From an uncultured Gammaproteobacteria bacterium (GTDB lineage Bacteria > Pseudomonadota > Gammaproteobacteria > Steroidobacterales > Steroidobacteraceae): 64,000 nt of DNA. Under the pieces are notes generated by a model that was not told the origin of the DNA, did no database searches, and worked only from the letters and a program-made list of their open reading frames with translations. The translations under genes and the position numbers were made by a program. The stretch covers positions 721,264-785,263 of the forward strand of contig CAWDAU010000009.1 in assembly GCA_963800385.1 (NCBI GenBank). Reading direction: 5' to 3'. The first letter of the stretch is position 1. Each line of letters begins with the position of its first letter. Positions 1 through 10,891 of the stretch are shown in pieces.

Positions 1-479
1 GAAAGATTCTGTATCTCGCGCCGGGCGCGGGAAAGTGGCGCGAGGTGGCAAGGGACCTCAATTATGCCAACGGCATCGGCATCTCGCCGGATCAGAAAAC
101 ACTTTATGTCAGCGAAACAGTCGGCAATTGCATCTTGAAGTTCGCGGTCAATCGGGACGGCACGCTCAAGGATCGCTCGAATTTCGCCTTGCTGAATCTG
201 CTGACGCCGAACAAGGCAACTTCCTGGTGGCTGGGTCCCGACAGCATGAAGATCGACGCCCAGGGGAACATGTATGTCGCACAATGGTTCGGCGGAAAGA
301 TCCTGAAGATATCTCCCGAGGGGAAGCTTTTACGGCAGTTCGACATAGCCGCAGGAGACGGGACAACCAATGTTGCATTCGGTCCCGGAGAAAAAGACTT
401 GTATGTCACGGTTGTCAAGGATCCGAATGATCCGCAAGCCAGAGGCAGCGTCGTCAGAATCCCCAATAGCCAAAATTAA
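1..479 (+). CDS. SMP-30/gluconolactonase/LRE-like beta-propeller protein, C-terminal part (5' end lies outside the window)
   Basis: The frame is open from the window edge (KILYLAPGAGKWREVARDLNYANGIGISPDQKTLYVSE...). The NGI..SPD..LYV.E repeat pattern is typical of the family. The stop TAA at 477-479 shares a TTAA with the stop of the convergent MFS gene. Confidence 0.75.
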   Translation, partial: KILYLAPGAGKWREVARDLNYANGIGISPDQKTLYVSETVGNCILKFAVNRDGTLKDRSNFALLNLLTPNKATSWWLGPDSMKIDAQGNMYVAQWFGGKILKISPEGKLLRQFDIAAGDGTTNVAFGPGEKDLYVTVVKDPNDPQARGSVVRIPNSQN

Positions 480-1684
480 TGAGCCAGCGCCGGCTGCGGC
501 CGGGGCCGAATACGCAGCAACAGCAGGCTCAACAGCAGGCACGCCGTCAGGCTGACGCAGGCATCCACGACATAGCTGCCGCCGACGCCCCGCCACGCAT
601 AGCCCCAGCCATCGACCACCAGCATATAAGTGTTCGCGACATTGAATGCCGACACCATCAGGCAATAGGTCGTCGCGGCAAATGGATTGCTGCGTCCGAT
701 GGTCGCAAAAGTAATCGCGGTCGAGGCGGTGATGGAGAGAGACTGAAAGACGTTTTCGCCTATCAGCGCCGCCGCAAACGCCCAGGGGGTGCGCGGCAGC
801 AGCAGCAGCAGCAGGGTAAAAATCGATCCGACCGCGCCGACGGCGAGATACAAATAGCGCACGGGCAGCAATCGATCGACCAGCGGAAACATCAAACAAC
901 CCGCGATGCCGGCAATCAGGACCCCGGCGCCTCCCACGAGTCCCACGAAGCGGCTGGAGGTGTGAAAATCATTGCCCAGGCCGCCCAAGATGTTGACCAA
1001 GGAAAATGTTGACGCCGGCGCGATGAACAAGACGATGGCGATGAGAATTTCGCGCCGCCTGAGCAAGCCGATCACATCGGCGAAGAACTGCGAAAAACTC
1101 TCGCGCGCCAGGCGCCGATCCGGTCCCGGCGCCGGCATCCAGCAGAAAATCACGGTCGGCACCAGAACGATCGCGGCCAGCACGATGGCCGCGGCCGTGG
1201 GGGACAAGCGCTGCACGATCTCACCGGTCATCATGGCCATGGCGCCGCCGCCGCTGATGTTGGCGATGGTCACCCAGACGCTCAAGGCGTGCTCTTCGCC
1301 GGCGGTGATGATGCTGGAGAGCCAGCCTCCCAAGGCGCTCTGATACAGATTGGCGAAAAAGAAACCGCTCACCAGACAGATTTCCACCAAGACCAGATGT
1401 TCCAGATTGGTCAGCGCCAGCGCCAGCAGCAGCGCGGACAACAGCGCCGTCAGCAACGAATACCACCGGCGGCTGAATCGAACATCGAGGACCGGACTGA
1501 GCAAAAAGGTCCAGAAGCCCGGCGAGATCGCCGCCGCGGTCATCCCCGCGATCGTCGCCTCCGCAACGTGGCGCGCGCTCAAGAGTTGCGGCACGGCGAT
1601 CACCAGAATGCCGCCATACATCCCGAACAGCGCGTTGGTGAGACCGAGCAGCCAGACCGGCGCGCGGCGCCTTGGCCGCCTCAC
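476..1684 (-). CDS. MFS transporter
   Basis: Multi-TM hydrophobic ORF. The first 43 aa of the track ORF are an Arg-rich shadow. The in-frame GTG at 1684 forms a GTGA overlap with the stop of the upstream oxidoreductase. Confidence 0.75.
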   Translation of the reverse strand: MRRPRRRAPVWLLGLTNALFGMYGGILVIAVPQLLSARHVAEATIAGMTAAAISPGFWTFLLSPVLDVRFSRRWYSLLTALLSALLLALALTNLEHLVLVEICLVSGFFFANLYQSALGGWLSSIITAGEEHALSVWVTIANISGGGAMAMMTGEIVQRLSPTAAAIVLAAIVLVPTVIFCWMPAPGPDRRLARESFSQFFADVIGLLRRREILIAIVLFIAPASTFSLVNILGGLGNDFHTSSRFVGLVGGAGVLIAGIAGCLMFPLVDRLLPVRYLYLAVGAVGSIFTLLLLLLPRTPWAFAAALIGENVFQSLSITASTAITFATIGRSNPFAATTYCLMVSAFNVANTYMLVVDGWGYAWRGVGGSYVVDACVSLTACLLLSLLLLRIRPRPQPALAH

Positions 1685-2685
1685 GGCGCCTCCCACCGGC
1701 CGGAAGCGGCGGATCGGTACAGTGCATCGATGCAGCGCATGGTCGCGACGCCGTCTTCGATGGGGAACTCCTGCTCGGCTTCGCCGAGAAACACGGCGGC
1801 CGCCGCGTCGCATTGCAACGCATATTGATCCACCGCCGGGAACTGCTCGAATTGCGCTGTGCTGCCGTCCAGGCTCTTGCCGCTGTCGATGCTGATTTTG
1901 CAGGCAAAATCCTTCGATGGGGTGAACGGCACGGGCATGTCGATGCGCCCCTCGGTGCCCAAAATCGTCACGCGTTGATAGGCGGCCGCTCGAAATGCGC
2001 AGCTGAACAGCAGTTGGCCTCCGCCGGGAAATTCGAGCAACCCGCTGGTGAGCGTATCGACGCTTAAATCCGCGTCGCGCTGGAGCAGAGCCATCACCCG
2101 CGTGGGCTCGGCGCCAAAAACGTAGCGGGCGGTGACCAGCGGATAGCAGCCCACGTCAAAGAGCGCGCCGCCGCCCAAGGCCGCTTGATTGCGGACATTG
2201 TTCGAATCCAACATGGTGAACAGAAACGCCGACTGGATGCTGCGCACGGCGCCGATGCGGCCGGTGCGCGCCAGCGCGCGGACTCGATGCCATTGAGGAT
2301 GATGGCGCACCATGAAGGCCTCGATGACCCGCTTGCGGCTGCGGTCGCGCGCCGCGACGATGGCCTGGGTTTGGGGCGCGTCGATACCCAGGGGCTTTTC
2401 GCACAGAACGTGCTTGCCGGCATCCAGAGCCTTGACTGTCCATTCAACATGAAGATGATTGGGCAACGGATTGTAAACGGCATCGACCTCGGGATCGTTG
2501 AGCAGCTCCTCGTAGCTTCCATAGCTGCGTGGAATGGCAAAGCGCGCGGCCACGCCGTCCGCCCGGGAGGCATCGCGCGATGCGATGGCGGCTATTGTGC
2601 CCCGCTCGCCGCTCAAGATGGCGGGTATGACGCGCTTGATGCCGATGTTGGCCGTGCTGAGTATGCCCCACTGGATTTTCCGCAT
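1681..2685 (-). CDS. Gfo/Idh/MocA family oxidoreductase
   Basis: N-terminal Rossmann segment IQWGILSTANIGIKRVIPA, and the LCEKPL motif characteristic of this family. Confidence 0.85.
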   Translation of the reverse strand: MRKIQWGILSTANIGIKRVIPAILSGERGTIAAIASRDASRADGVAARFAIPRSYGSYEELLNDPEVDAVYNPLPNHLHVEWTVKALDAGKHVLCEKPLGIDAPQTQAIVAARDRSRKRVIEAFMVRHHPQWHRVRALARTGRIGAVRSIQSAFLFTMLDSNNVRNQAALGGGALFDVGCYPLVTARYVFGAEPTRVMALLQRDADLSVDTLTSGLLEFPGGGQLLFSCAFRAAAYQRVTILGTEGRIDMPVPFTPSKDFACKISIDSGKSLDGSTAQFEQFPAVDQYALQCDAAAAVFLGEAEQEFPIEDGVATMRCIDALYRSAASGRWEAP

Positions 2686-2752
2686 GAATGCAGCCGCCGT
2701 TCAGGTTTAAACGCCTATACTTTGCCTGAGACTCGCGCGATGAGGAACGCCG

Positions 2753-4171
2753 TTGACCAGCACCGCAGCTGCAGCCGATACATTGGCCGGCCTCGCCCCG
2801 CCGCCGCTGAAGCCGGCATCGTTCCTGAAGACCCTGCGGGCTTCCAGGGGCAACGCCTTTGAAGTGATTCCCCTCGAAGCCTACGAAAAGCCGGTCTACT
2901 TGGCGAAATCGATGCTCGGCAAGGTGCTCATGGTCAATGACCCGGAAGGCATACGCCGCGTTCTGCTGGACAACGTGGCCAACTATCCGAAAAACGACTT
3001 GGAAATCGCATTCTTTTCGGCGATGTTCGGCGAAGGCCTATTGAGCGCCCCTCACGCCAAGTGGCGCGCGCATCGAAAAGTGATGGCGCCCTCCTTCGGC
3101 ACACGCACGGTCGAATCGTATGCGCCGGCGATGGTCGAGACCACGGTGGCATTTGCCCGGCAATGGGACGCGCTGCCCGAAAACGCGGAAATCGACATCG
3201 CCGAGGAAATGAAGGCCCTGACGCTCAAGATCATCTGCCGCACCATGTTCTCGGCCGACGCGGATGAGCTCGCAACCCATTCGCGCGAGGCTCTCGACTT
3301 CGTCCAGTCCTCGCTGGAGTTCGGCTTGCTGGACGTGCTGCCGATCATTGGTCCGCGGCGCATCAAGCGCACGGTGGAAGCCATCCGAGCCCACTTCAAA
3401 GGCATGGATGCGGCGGTTTATCGCCTGATCAGCGAGCGCGAAAAGATCCGCAACGAGGCCCCCAGGGATTTCCTGACGCGGTTGGTCGCCGCGAAGGATC
3501 CGGATGATGGCGTCGGAATGAATGCGGCCGAGGTGCGCGACGAGGTCATCACCATTTTCGTCGCCGGCTACGAAACCACCGCCGTGAGCATGACCTGGGT
3601 GTGGTATTTGCTGTCGCAGCATCCGGCCGAGGAGTCGAAGCTGCACGAAGAATTGGATGCCGTGCTCGCCGGCAGACCGCCGAGCGTCGAGGATCTGCCG
3701 AATCTGCCGTACACGCGCATGGTTATCGAAGAGGCGATGCGCCTGTATCCGCCGGCGCCCGGGATATCCATTCGCGAGGCTCAGCAGGCCGACGAAGTAT
3801 GCGGCTTCAAAGTGACGCCCGGACTGCAGGTGTTGATATCGCCATGGGTGATGCACCGTCACCGCAGCATTTGGAATAATCCCGAGCAGTTCGATCCAAC
3901 GCGATTCAGCACGGAGGCCAGCGAAAAGCGCCCGCGCTTTTCATACCTGCCCTTCGGGGGCGGTCCTCGCGTCTGCATCGGCGCGACGCTCGCCATGACC
4001 GAGGCGACATTGATTCTTGCCGTGCTCGCCCAGCGGTTTCGGCTGCGCCTCAAAGAGCACCAGGAAATCAAACTGCAAACGCGCATCACCCTGCGCCCGA
4101 AGAACGGCATGAAGACCATCTTGGAGCGCCGCCGTGCCGCGCACTCGGCCGGTGCAGCCGCGCGCTCATGA
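2753..4171 (+). CDS. cytochrome P450
   Basis: Heme Cys-loop FGGGPRVCIGATLA, I-helix AGYETTA and ExxR (EEAMRLYPP). The start is a TTG, so its position is uncertain. Confidence 0.9.
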   Translation: MTSTAAAADTLAGLAPPPLKPASFLKTLRASRGNAFEVIPLEAYEKPVYLAKSMLGKVLMVNDPEGIRRVLLDNVANYPKNDLEIAFFSAMFGEGLLSAPHAKWRAHRKVMAPSFGTRTVESYAPAMVETTVAFARQWDALPENAEIDIAEEMKALTLKIICRTMFSADADELATHSREALDFVQSSLEFGLLDVLPIIGPRRIKRTVEAIRAHFKGMDAAVYRLISEREKIRNEAPRDFLTRLVAAKDPDDGVGMNAAEVRDEVITIFVAGYETTAVSMTWVWYLLSQHPAEESKLHEELDAVLAGRPPSVEDLPNLPYTRMVIEEAMRLYPPAPGISIREAQQADEVCGFKVTPGLQVLISPWVMHRHRSIWNNPEQFDPTRFSTEASEKRPRFSYLPFGGGPRVCIGATLAMTEATLILAVLAQRFRLRLKEHQEIKLQTRITLRPKNGMKTILERRRAAHSAGAAARS

Positions 4172-4349
4172 CGCACGCAAATCGCGCGGAGTGCATGCGC
4201 AGCGCCGATTACCTCGGCAACTCTTCGAAGGCGGTCACACTTTCGTCACATCTCCGATGAAATGAATTGCCACGCAAGCGATTCTTTATCACCCGGCTTC
4301 AGTGTCGCTCTTATAGAATGAGCCGCGGAACTGCTTGCGAGACTGAACT

Positions 4350-5180
4350 ATGAGCGAACCATCGGCCAAGCATTACTTGCTGGCTTCCGACTTTGATCAA
4401 ACCTTGAGCTTCAAGGACTCGGGCGTGGTGCTGAGCGAGCTGCTCGGCATATCCGGATTCGAGCAGCGCGTTGCCGGGCTCGCCCGGACCAACCTGGTTC
4501 AGCAGGGCGGCGAGTTGGCCTACTTGATTCGCCACGACCCGGAATTCCGCGGCGTACGCCGCGAACATCTGCTCGAGGCGGGGCGGCGCGTGCGGCTCAA
4601 AAGCGCCATTCCGGCGCTGGTGGATTTCATGCAGCGCGGCGCGGCGGGTCATCGATTTTCATTTTTTGTCATTTCAGCCGCGCCGCGCGAAATCGTCACC
4701 TCGGCGTTGGCCGGCATCATCCCGGCCGAGAACATTTACGGTACGGAGCTGGCATTCGATGCGCATTCGCGCGAGGTGAAGGCGATCGATCGGGTTCCCG
4801 CCGGCTACGGCAAGGTCGCCGTCATCGAAGAGCTGCAGCAGCGCCTGGGGATAGCCGCCGACCGCGTGATTTACGTCGGCGATGGCGGATCGGATGTGCA
4901 TGTAATGCTGCACGTCAACAATCACGATGGCTTCACCATTGCGGTGTCCGAGAACAAGCAGCTCGCGCGGATCGCGAAACGCGTGGTGTTGAGCGATAAC
5001 GCCTTCAGCATCATGGTGCCGATACTCGACCAGTTGCTGCATTGGCGAACCGGCGAGATCCGCGGGCTGTTCGAATCCTACGGCCTCACCCTGGACGAAT
5101 GGGAAAAGGACCGAACCGATCGGCTGAAGATCGGCGACGCGCTGTCCCTCGGTGCCGTGGCGCAGAGCGGCGCGGCATGA
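4350..5180 (+). CDS. HAD-superfamily (subfamily IB-like) hydrolase
   Basis: DxDxT nucleophile motif SDFDQTL and distal GDGGSD motif. Confidence 0.75.
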   Translation: MSEPSAKHYLLASDFDQTLSFKDSGVVLSELLGISGFEQRVAGLARTNLVQQGGELAYLIRHDPEFRGVRREHLLEAGRRVRLKSAIPALVDFMQRGAAGHRFSFFVISAAPREIVTSALAGIIPAENIYGTELAFDAHSREVKAIDRVPAGYGKVAVIEELQQRLGIAADRVIYVGDGGSDVHVMLHVNNHDGFTIAVSENKQLARIAKRVVLSDNAFSIMVPILDQLLHWRTGEIRGLFESYGLTLDEWEKDRTDRLKIGDALSLGAVAQSGAA

Positions 5181-5419
5181 ATCACTTCTGGATTGAAGGC
5201 CTGGGGTGGGCCGCCACCTCGGTATTCGTCGCCTCGTACTTTTTTGCCAAACCCGCGCGGCTGCGAGGCTTGCAGATGGCCGGCGCGGTGCTTTGGATGA
5301 TCTACGGCGTACTGATCGGCGCGCTGCCGGTCATTAGCGCCAACCTGCTGGTTTTTGCAGCCGCGGCCTGGACCGCGCTTCGCGGTCCTTCCTCCCTGGG
5401 AAGCGGCACGCCGGCCTAG
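5177..5419 (+). CDS. small membrane protein (about 80 aa, two or three TM helices)
   Basis: The ATG at 5177 forms an ATGA overlap with the HAD gene stop. Hydrophobic sequence MNHFWIEGLGWAATSVFVASYFF...; the upstream part of the track ORF is a shadow of the HAD gene. Confidence 0.5.
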   Translation: MNHFWIEGLGWAATSVFVASYFFAKPARLRGLQMAGAVLWMIYGVLIGALPVISANLLVFAAAAWTALRGPSSLGSGTPA

Positions 5420-5480
5420 TCCCGCCGCCGCGGCGCAGAAATGGCCGCACCGCTGCGCGGCGGCGCGCGGTTCGCATACA

Positions 5481-6263
5481 ATGGCGCATCATTCACCGCG
5501 TTGCCGCGCCATGGACAAAGCACTGCGTCCTGAAAACCAAACTCCTCGACCTTCGCCAGGCGCTTACCGGCGGATGATTCTGCCGCATCCGGTGTCGCTG
5601 CTTGGCACCGGACAACCCGATGTAGAGACGGCGATGATGGGACAGCTGGGGCCGGATACCCTATTCATGATGGGCGACAATCCGGCGCTCTCGAAAATGC
5701 CCGAGCGGCCGCAGCTGCTGGATTTTTTTCGCCAACGGTTTTCCCCGTTCACCCGCAATCATCTGCTGCAAAGCGCCCTGGTCGCGCTCAAGAGCGGCAT
5801 GGAAGAAAAAGTGGTGCTGGCGTGTTTGCTGCATGACATTGCCAACGGCGCCCTGATTCGGGTCGATCATGGATATTGGGGCGCCCAGCTCATCGAGCCC
5901 TACGTATCCGAAGAGATCGCTTGGGCGGTCCGCAATCATCAGGCATTGCGGTTTTTCGCCGATGAGTCGGTGGGCTATCAGTATCCGGAGGCTTACATAA
6001 AATTCTTCGGTCCCGACTACCAGCCTGCCGAGTACATCAAGCAGGCCTATGCGCAGGCCCGTGGGCATCGTTGGTACATGACCTCGCGCCTCATTACGTT
6101 GAACGACCTGTACTCGTTCGACCCGAACGTGACCGTGGAGCCCGAGTTGTTCGGCGACATCATCGGCAGGCATTTCAAGCAGCCCAAAGAGGGACTGGGA
6201 TTCGACGGCTCCGCCGTGGCGCATATGTGGCGAACGATGATTTGGCCGAACAACTTGTTGTAA
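5481..6263 (+). CDS. HD-domain metalloprotein with a PhnZ/MIOX-like six-ligand pattern
   Basis: NHLLQSAL..x..LLHDI, then DHGYWG, RNHQAL and a distal D. Start is uncertain; alternative ATGs lie at 5511 and 5574. Confidence 0.7.
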   Translation: MAHHSPRCRAMDKALRPENQTPRPSPGAYRRMILPHPVSLLGTGQPDVETAMMGQLGPDTLFMMGDNPALSKMPERPQLLDFFRQRFSPFTRNHLLQSALVALKSGMEEKVVLACLLHDIANGALIRVDHGYWGAQLIEPYVSEEIAWAVRNHQALRFFADESVGYQYPEAYIKFFGPDYQPAEYIKQAYAQARGHRWYMTSRLITLNDLYSFDPNVTVEPELFGDIIGRHFKQPKEGLGFDGSAVAHMWRTMIWPNNLL

Positions 6264-6294
6264 GACGAGAATCGGAGCGGGTGACACTCGCATC

Positions 6295-6774
6295 ATGCAG
6301 GAGATGGGGATGGAACTGCAGATCAACGACAAGACAGTGACGATCGAGGCCGAGCCGGATCTGCCGCTGCTGTGGGTATTGCGCGATTTGCTGGGAATGA
6401 CCGGCACGAAATTCGGTTGCGGCATGGCGCTCTGCGGTGCATGCACCGTGTTGGTCGACGGCCAGGCGCTGCGCTCATGCGTGCTCCCGGTCGCGCAAGC
6501 CGCAGGAAAAAGGCTCACCACCATTGAAGGCGTCGGCGCGACCGCCGTGGGCGTGGCGCTGCAAGGGGCATGGCAAGAGATCAACGTGCCGCAATGCGGC
6601 TACTGTCAGGCAGGACAGATCATGTCTGCCGCCGCACTGCTTCAAGTCAAACCCGATCCGAGCGACGCCGACATCGACGCCGCCATGTCCGGGAATATCT
6701 GCCGTTGCGGCACCTACCCGCGCATACGCGCGGCCATCAAGCAGGCTGCCAAGCATGCGGAGCACGCCAAATGA
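6295..6774 (+). CDS. (2Fe-2S)-binding small subunit of an aldehyde-oxidase/isoquinoline-oxidoreductase-type enzyme
   Basis: Cys clusters [12 protein letters not shown] and CRCGTY. The start could instead be the ATG at 6304 or 6310. Confidence 0.85.
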   Translation: MQEMGMELQINDKTVTIEAEPDLPLLWVLRDLLGMTGTKFGCGMALCGACTVLVDGQALRSCVLPVAQAAGKRLTTIEGVGATAVGVALQGAWQEINVPQCGYCQAGQIMSAAALLQVKPDPSDADIDAAMSGNICRCGTYPRIRAAIKQAAKHAEHAK

Positions 6775-9080
6775 GCGCGGTAACGGTGGATTTCGCGGCG
6801 TCGACGGGCTTGAGCCGCCGGGATTTCCTGCGGCAACTTCAAGCGCTGGGCGGCCTCTTGCTCGTCGCCGATGGGCTGCACATCGCAAAGGCCGCGGATG
6901 CGCCCAAGTACGGCGCCGAGGGCATGGAGCATGGCACGGTCGACAATCCTCTGGTGTTCCTGGCCATCGGCGATGACGGCTGGGTCACCATCGTCGTGCA
7001 TCGCTCGGAAATGGGCCAAGGCGTGCGCACGGGCATGCCTCTCATTGTCGCGGATGAGCTGGAAGCCGACTGGAGCAAGGTCCGCGTCCAGCAGGCACCG
7101 GCCGACGAAGAAAAATACGGAAACCAAGACACCGACGGATCCCGCAGCACGCGGCATTTCATCGACCCGATGCGCCGCTGCGGAGCCGCGGCGCGAATGA
7201 TGCTGGAACACGCCGCGGCATTGTCCTGGAGCGTGCCGGTCAGCGAAGTTCACGCGGTCAATCATGAAGTGGCGCATCAAAAAACCGGCCGCAAGCTCTC
7301 CTACGGCACCCTCGCCGCGCGAGCCAGGAAGCTGCCGGTGCCGGCGGCAAGCGCCCTGCGCTTGAAATCCTCCGAAGAGTTTCGCTATGTCGGCAAAGGC
7401 GGCGTGCCGATCGTCGACGGACACGACATCGTCACGGGGCAGGCGCAGTACGGCATCGACCCTTGGTTCAAGGACATGAGCTTCGCGGTCATCGCACGCT
7501 CACCCGTGCTGGGCGGCAGCGTCAAGCAATTCGACGGCAACGCAGCCGCCGCGGCGCCAGGCGTCCAGAAAGTGCTGCAGATGGCTGCGCCGGTCGCGAA
7601 GGCCACGTTTCATCCGCTCGCCGGCGTTGCGGTCATCGCCAATTCCACGGGGGCGGCGATCGCCGCGCGCAAGCTGCTGAAAATCGAATGGCAGGATGGC
7701 GCCAACGGCAGCTACGATTCCGATGACTATCGTGCCTCGATGCAGCAATCCGCCCAGAAGCCCGGCAAGCTGGTGCGCGAGGCCGGCAACGTCGATGCAG
7801 CGTTCAAATCCGCTGCCAAGTCGATCGAGGCGCAGTACTACATTCCGCACATAGCCCATGCGACGATGGAACCGCCGTGCGGCGTTGCGCGCATCGTGGC
7901 CGGCAAGGTCGAAGTATGGGCGCCCACCCAAGCCCCGCAAGTCACCCGCGAGGACGTCGCGAAGCACCTTGGGGTCCCTTGGGAAAATGTGACCGTGCAT
8001 GTGACGCTGCTCGGCGGAGGATTCGGACGCAAGTCGATGCCGGACTTCGCGATCGAGGCCGCGCTGTTGTCGCAAGCCATGGAAGGGCGCCCGGTCAAAG
8101 TGACCTGGACCCGCGAAGATGACCTGCATCATGATTTCCTGCACACCGTGTCGGTCGAATACATGAGGGCGGGTGTCGCGGCCGACGGCAAGGTTTCAGC
8201 GTGGCTGCATCGAAGCGTGGCGCCCTCGCTCGCCACGAGCTTCGCGGCCGGCGTCGATCACGAAGTGGACGCCGAGCTTGGAATGGGCTTCATCAACATG
8301 CCCTACGACATTCCCAACCTGCGGCTCGAAAATCCGCAGGCGAGCGCGCATTGCCGCATTGGTTGGTTTCGCTCGGTGTCCAACATACCCCACGCATTTG
8401 CCGTGCAGTCGTTCGTGTCGGAGCTGGCGGCGAGCGCCAACCGGGATCACCGCGACTACTTGCTCGAACTCATCGGGCCGGCGCGCAAGATCGATCCCAA
8501 CAGCCTTCAGGACCACTGGAATCACGGCGAATCGCCGCAGCGCTATCCGGTGGACACCGGCCGCCTGCGCCGCGTGGTCGAAACCGTCACCGAAGAAGCC
8601 GGCTGGGGCAAGAAATTCGCTCCCGGCCGCGGGCTGGGACTGGCCGCGCACTATAGTTTTTTGAGCTACGCCGCGGCGGTGGTGGAAGTGGACATCGATG
8701 CACAGGGGCGAATCGCGGTGCCGCGCGTCGATGTCGCATTCGACTGCGGCCCGCAAGTCAATCCCGAGCGCATTCGCTCGCAACTCGAAGGCGCCGTCAT
8801 CATGGGGCTGAGCCTCGCGATGTTCGGAGAGATCACTTTCAAGAAGGGCCGGGCGCAGCAGAATAACTTCCACCAGTATCGCGTCACCCGGATGAATGAA
8901 GCGCCCGCCGAAATCCGGGTGCACCTCATCCCGGCGCGGGATTGGACGGTGCCATTGGGGGGCGTGGGTGAACCCGGCGTGCCGCCGATTGCGCCTGCGC
9001 TGTGCAACGCGGTGTTCGCGGCTACCGGCAAGCGGATTCGCAGCTTGCCCATCAAGGATCAAGCCAAACGCCCAACTTGA
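6771..9080 (+). CDS. molybdopterin-binding large (beta) subunit of the same oxidoreductase, Tat-exported
   Basis: The ATG at 6771 forms an ATGA overlap with the small-subunit stop. Tat motif SRRDFLRQL. Size and sequence are typical of IorB-like subunits. The 67-aa N-terminal extension in the track ORF overlaps the previous gene. Confidence 0.85.
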   Translation: MSAVTVDFAASTGLSRRDFLRQLQALGGLLLVADGLHIAKAADAPKYGAEGMEHGTVDNPLVFLAIGDDGWVTIVVHRSEMGQGVRTGMPLIVADELEADWSKVRVQQAPADEEKYGNQDTDGSRSTRHFIDPMRRCGAAARMMLEHAAALSWSVPVSEVHAVNHEVAHQKTGRKLSYGTLAARARKLPVPAASALRLKSSEEFRYVGKGGVPIVDGHDIVTGQAQYGIDPWFKDMSFAVIARSPVLGGSVKQFDGNAAAAAPGVQKVLQMAAPVAKATFHPLAGVAVIANSTGAAIAARKLLKIEWQDGANGSYDSDDYRASMQQSAQKPGKLVREAGNVDAAFKSAAKSIEAQYYIPHIAHATMEPPCGVARIVAGKVEVWAPTQAPQVTREDVAKHLGVPWENVTVHVTLLGGGFGRKSMPDFAIEAALLSQAMEGRPVKVTWTREDDLHHDFLHTVSVEYMRAGVAADGKVSAWLHRSVAPSLATSFAAGVDHEVDAELGMGFINMPYDIPNLRLENPQASAHCRIGWFRSVSNIPHAFAVQSFVSELAASANRDHRDYLLELIGPARKIDPNSLQDHWNHGESPQRYPVDTGRLRRVVETVTEEAGWGKKFAPGRGLGLAAHYSFLSYAAAVVEVDIDAQGRIAVPRVDVAFDCGPQVNPERIRSQLEGAVIMGLSLAMFGEITFKKGRAQQNNFHQYRVTRMNEAPAEIRVHLIPARDWTVPLGGVGEPGVPPIAPALCNAVFAATGKRIRSLPIKDQAKRPT

Positions 9081-9124
9081 GCATCCGGCAGCCCGCGCGA
9101 GCTGGGAATGCTGAGAACCGGCCG

Positions 9125-10891
9125 CTAGGAGAGCGGGTTCTGCCAGCGCGCCTCAGGCCTCGATAGAACTGAATTCAGTTGAGCCGCGAGATCGCTCAAC
9201 GTGTAGGGCTTCGGCAGCAACGGAATCCCTTCATCCTCGGCATCGCGTTTGGCGGCGGCGGAGAAGCCGCTGACCAGAAGTACGGGCAATGAAATTTTGC
9301 GCTGGCGCATCTCTCGCACCAATGCCATTCCATTCATGCCGCCGGGCATCATGACATCCGACAGCACCAGTCCGATGCCGGGCGTTGCCGCAAGTTCGTT
9401 CAATGCGGCCTGTCCGGTCGTCACGGGTATCACCTCGTAGCCCAGCTCGGCCAACATCGCGCTGGTCAGCGATGCGACCTGAACATCGTCTTCGACCAGC
9501 AGCACCCGGCAGGGCGCGGAAGCGCATGTCGATGGCGCGCGGCGCGGCTCCCGGCGCCGTGTTGCGGCACTGGGCGACTCACTCGACCGCGGCAGCAAGA
9601 GCAATACCTTCGTGCCTTCTTGGGCCCTGCTTTCAATTTCCACCGAGCCGCCGGATCCGCGCGCGAAGCCATACACTTGCGCGAGCCCCAGCCCCGAGCC
9701 TTTGCCAATGTCTTTGGTGGTGTAAAAAGGCTCGAGGCAACGCGCCACCGTCGCAGTATCCATCCCCACGCCGGTATCGCTCACCGACAGCTCCACGAAA
9801 TCGCCTGTCAGCCCGTATTCGCCGATGTCGGCGCGGTTCACGGCGGCGATCGTGATCGTACCGCCTTGGGGCATGGCATCGCGGGCATTCACGCAGAGAT
9901 TCAGCAGCGCGATGCCGAGTTCGCCCTCATCGACGCGCACCGGCCACACGTCCGCAGCAAAAACTGTCTTTACCGTTACCGATCCGCCCAGCGAACCATC
10001 GAGCAGCTCTCTCATGCCCTCCACATGCCGAGGTATCGCGATCGGCTTCGCATACAGCTCCTTTTGTCGTGAGAAGGCCAGGAGCTGGCGCGTGAGAGCC
10101 GCGCCGCGCTGCGCCGCTTGACGCATCCCTTCCCGCACCTTTTGCCGTCGCTCGGTCGTCGGCTCGCGGTCCAAGATGGAGAGACCGCCGCTGATGACCA
10201 TCAAAAGATTATTGAAATCGTGCGCGATACCCCCGGTCAGCTGACCGACCGCCTCCATCTTCTGGCTTTGGCGCAGCAACCGTTCGGTGCGCTCGCGCTC
10301 CTCGACCTGAGCCAACAGGGCGGCATGCGCGCCGCGCAGCCGATCGGCCGCGATCCGTTGCTCGGTCAGGTCGGTGATGATGCAGCAAAAGATCTCCTCG
10401 CCATGCAAGCCGTCGCTGCGCAACGCGCTGAAGGACACGTGAGCCGGAATGACGCGTCCCCGCTCGGTCTTGACGCCAAGTTCGCCTTTGGATTCGGAAG
10501 CGATCATGTCGAGCGCATCGGGCCAATCGGCCGCGGCGATGAAACGCGCCAGCGATCCGCCGATTACCCGTTGAGGTTCGGTCTCCACCAGCTCTGCGAG
10601 GCGTCTGTTGCAATAAAGAATGTCGCCGCTGCGGGTCAGGGTCAATGCGCCTTCCTGCATTTCCTCGACCAACAGCCGATAGGTCTGATCCGCCGTCTCG
10701 AGGGTGTAGATCCGGGGTACGCTGTCGGCGCCCGTGACCACGACCGCGTCCACGTCGCCACCGCGGATGGCGTCGAGGGTTTCTTCGGCCTCGCGCAGTT
10801 TCTCCCAAAGGGCAGTATTTTCCATGCGCAGCTGCTGCGCGGTCTGGTCCGCAGCGGCATCGGGAAAATCATGACCAACGGGCGGGTTCAT
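9125..10891 (-). CDS. PAS-domain hybrid sensor histidine kinase/response regulator
   Basis: PAS regions, H-box GIAHDFNNLL, HATPase G-boxes (DTGVGM, GSGLGL), and a C-terminal receiver domain (LLVEDD ... SDVMMPGGMNG). ATGA overlap with the kaiB stop. Confidence 0.85.
   Translation of the reverse strand: MNPPVGHDFPDAAADQTAQQLRMENTALWEKLREAEETLDAIRGGDVDAVVVTGADSVPRIYTLETADQTYRLLVEEMQEGALTLTRSGDILYCNRRLAELVETEPQRVIGGSLARFIAAADWPDALDMIASESKGELGVKTERGRVIPAHVSFSALRSDGLHGEEIFCCIITDLTEQRIAADRLRGAHAALLAQVEERERTERLLRQSQKMEAVGQLTGGIAHDFNNLLMVISGGLSILDREPTTERRQKVREGMRQAAQRGAALTRQLLAFSRQKELYAKPIAIPRHVEGMRELLDGSLGGSVTVKTVFAADVWPVRVDEGELGIALLNLCVNARDAMPQGGTITIAAVNRADIGEYGLTGDFVELSVSDTGVGMDTATVARCLEPFYTTKDIGKGSGLGLAQVYGFARGSGGSVEIESRAQEGTKVLLLLPRSSESPSAATRRREPRRAPSTCASAPCRVLLVEDDVQVASLTSAMLAELGYEVIPVTTGQAALNELAATPGIGLVLSDVMMPGGMNGMALVREMRQRKISLPVLLVSGFSAAAKRDAEDEGIPLLPKPYTLSDLAAQLNSVLSRPEARWQNPLS

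Noticed and set aside
797-814. (CAG)6 trinucleotide run
   Set aside because: It lies inside the MFS gene and encodes a Leu6 stretch of a TM helix on the minus strand. It is a coding microsatellite rather than a regulatory repeat.
9095-9135. Possible hairpin (agaacc...ggttct) between the convergent iorB-like and kinase genes
   Set aside because: The perfect stem is only 6 bp, the loop is 16 nt, and there is no U-tract. This is too weak to call a terminator.
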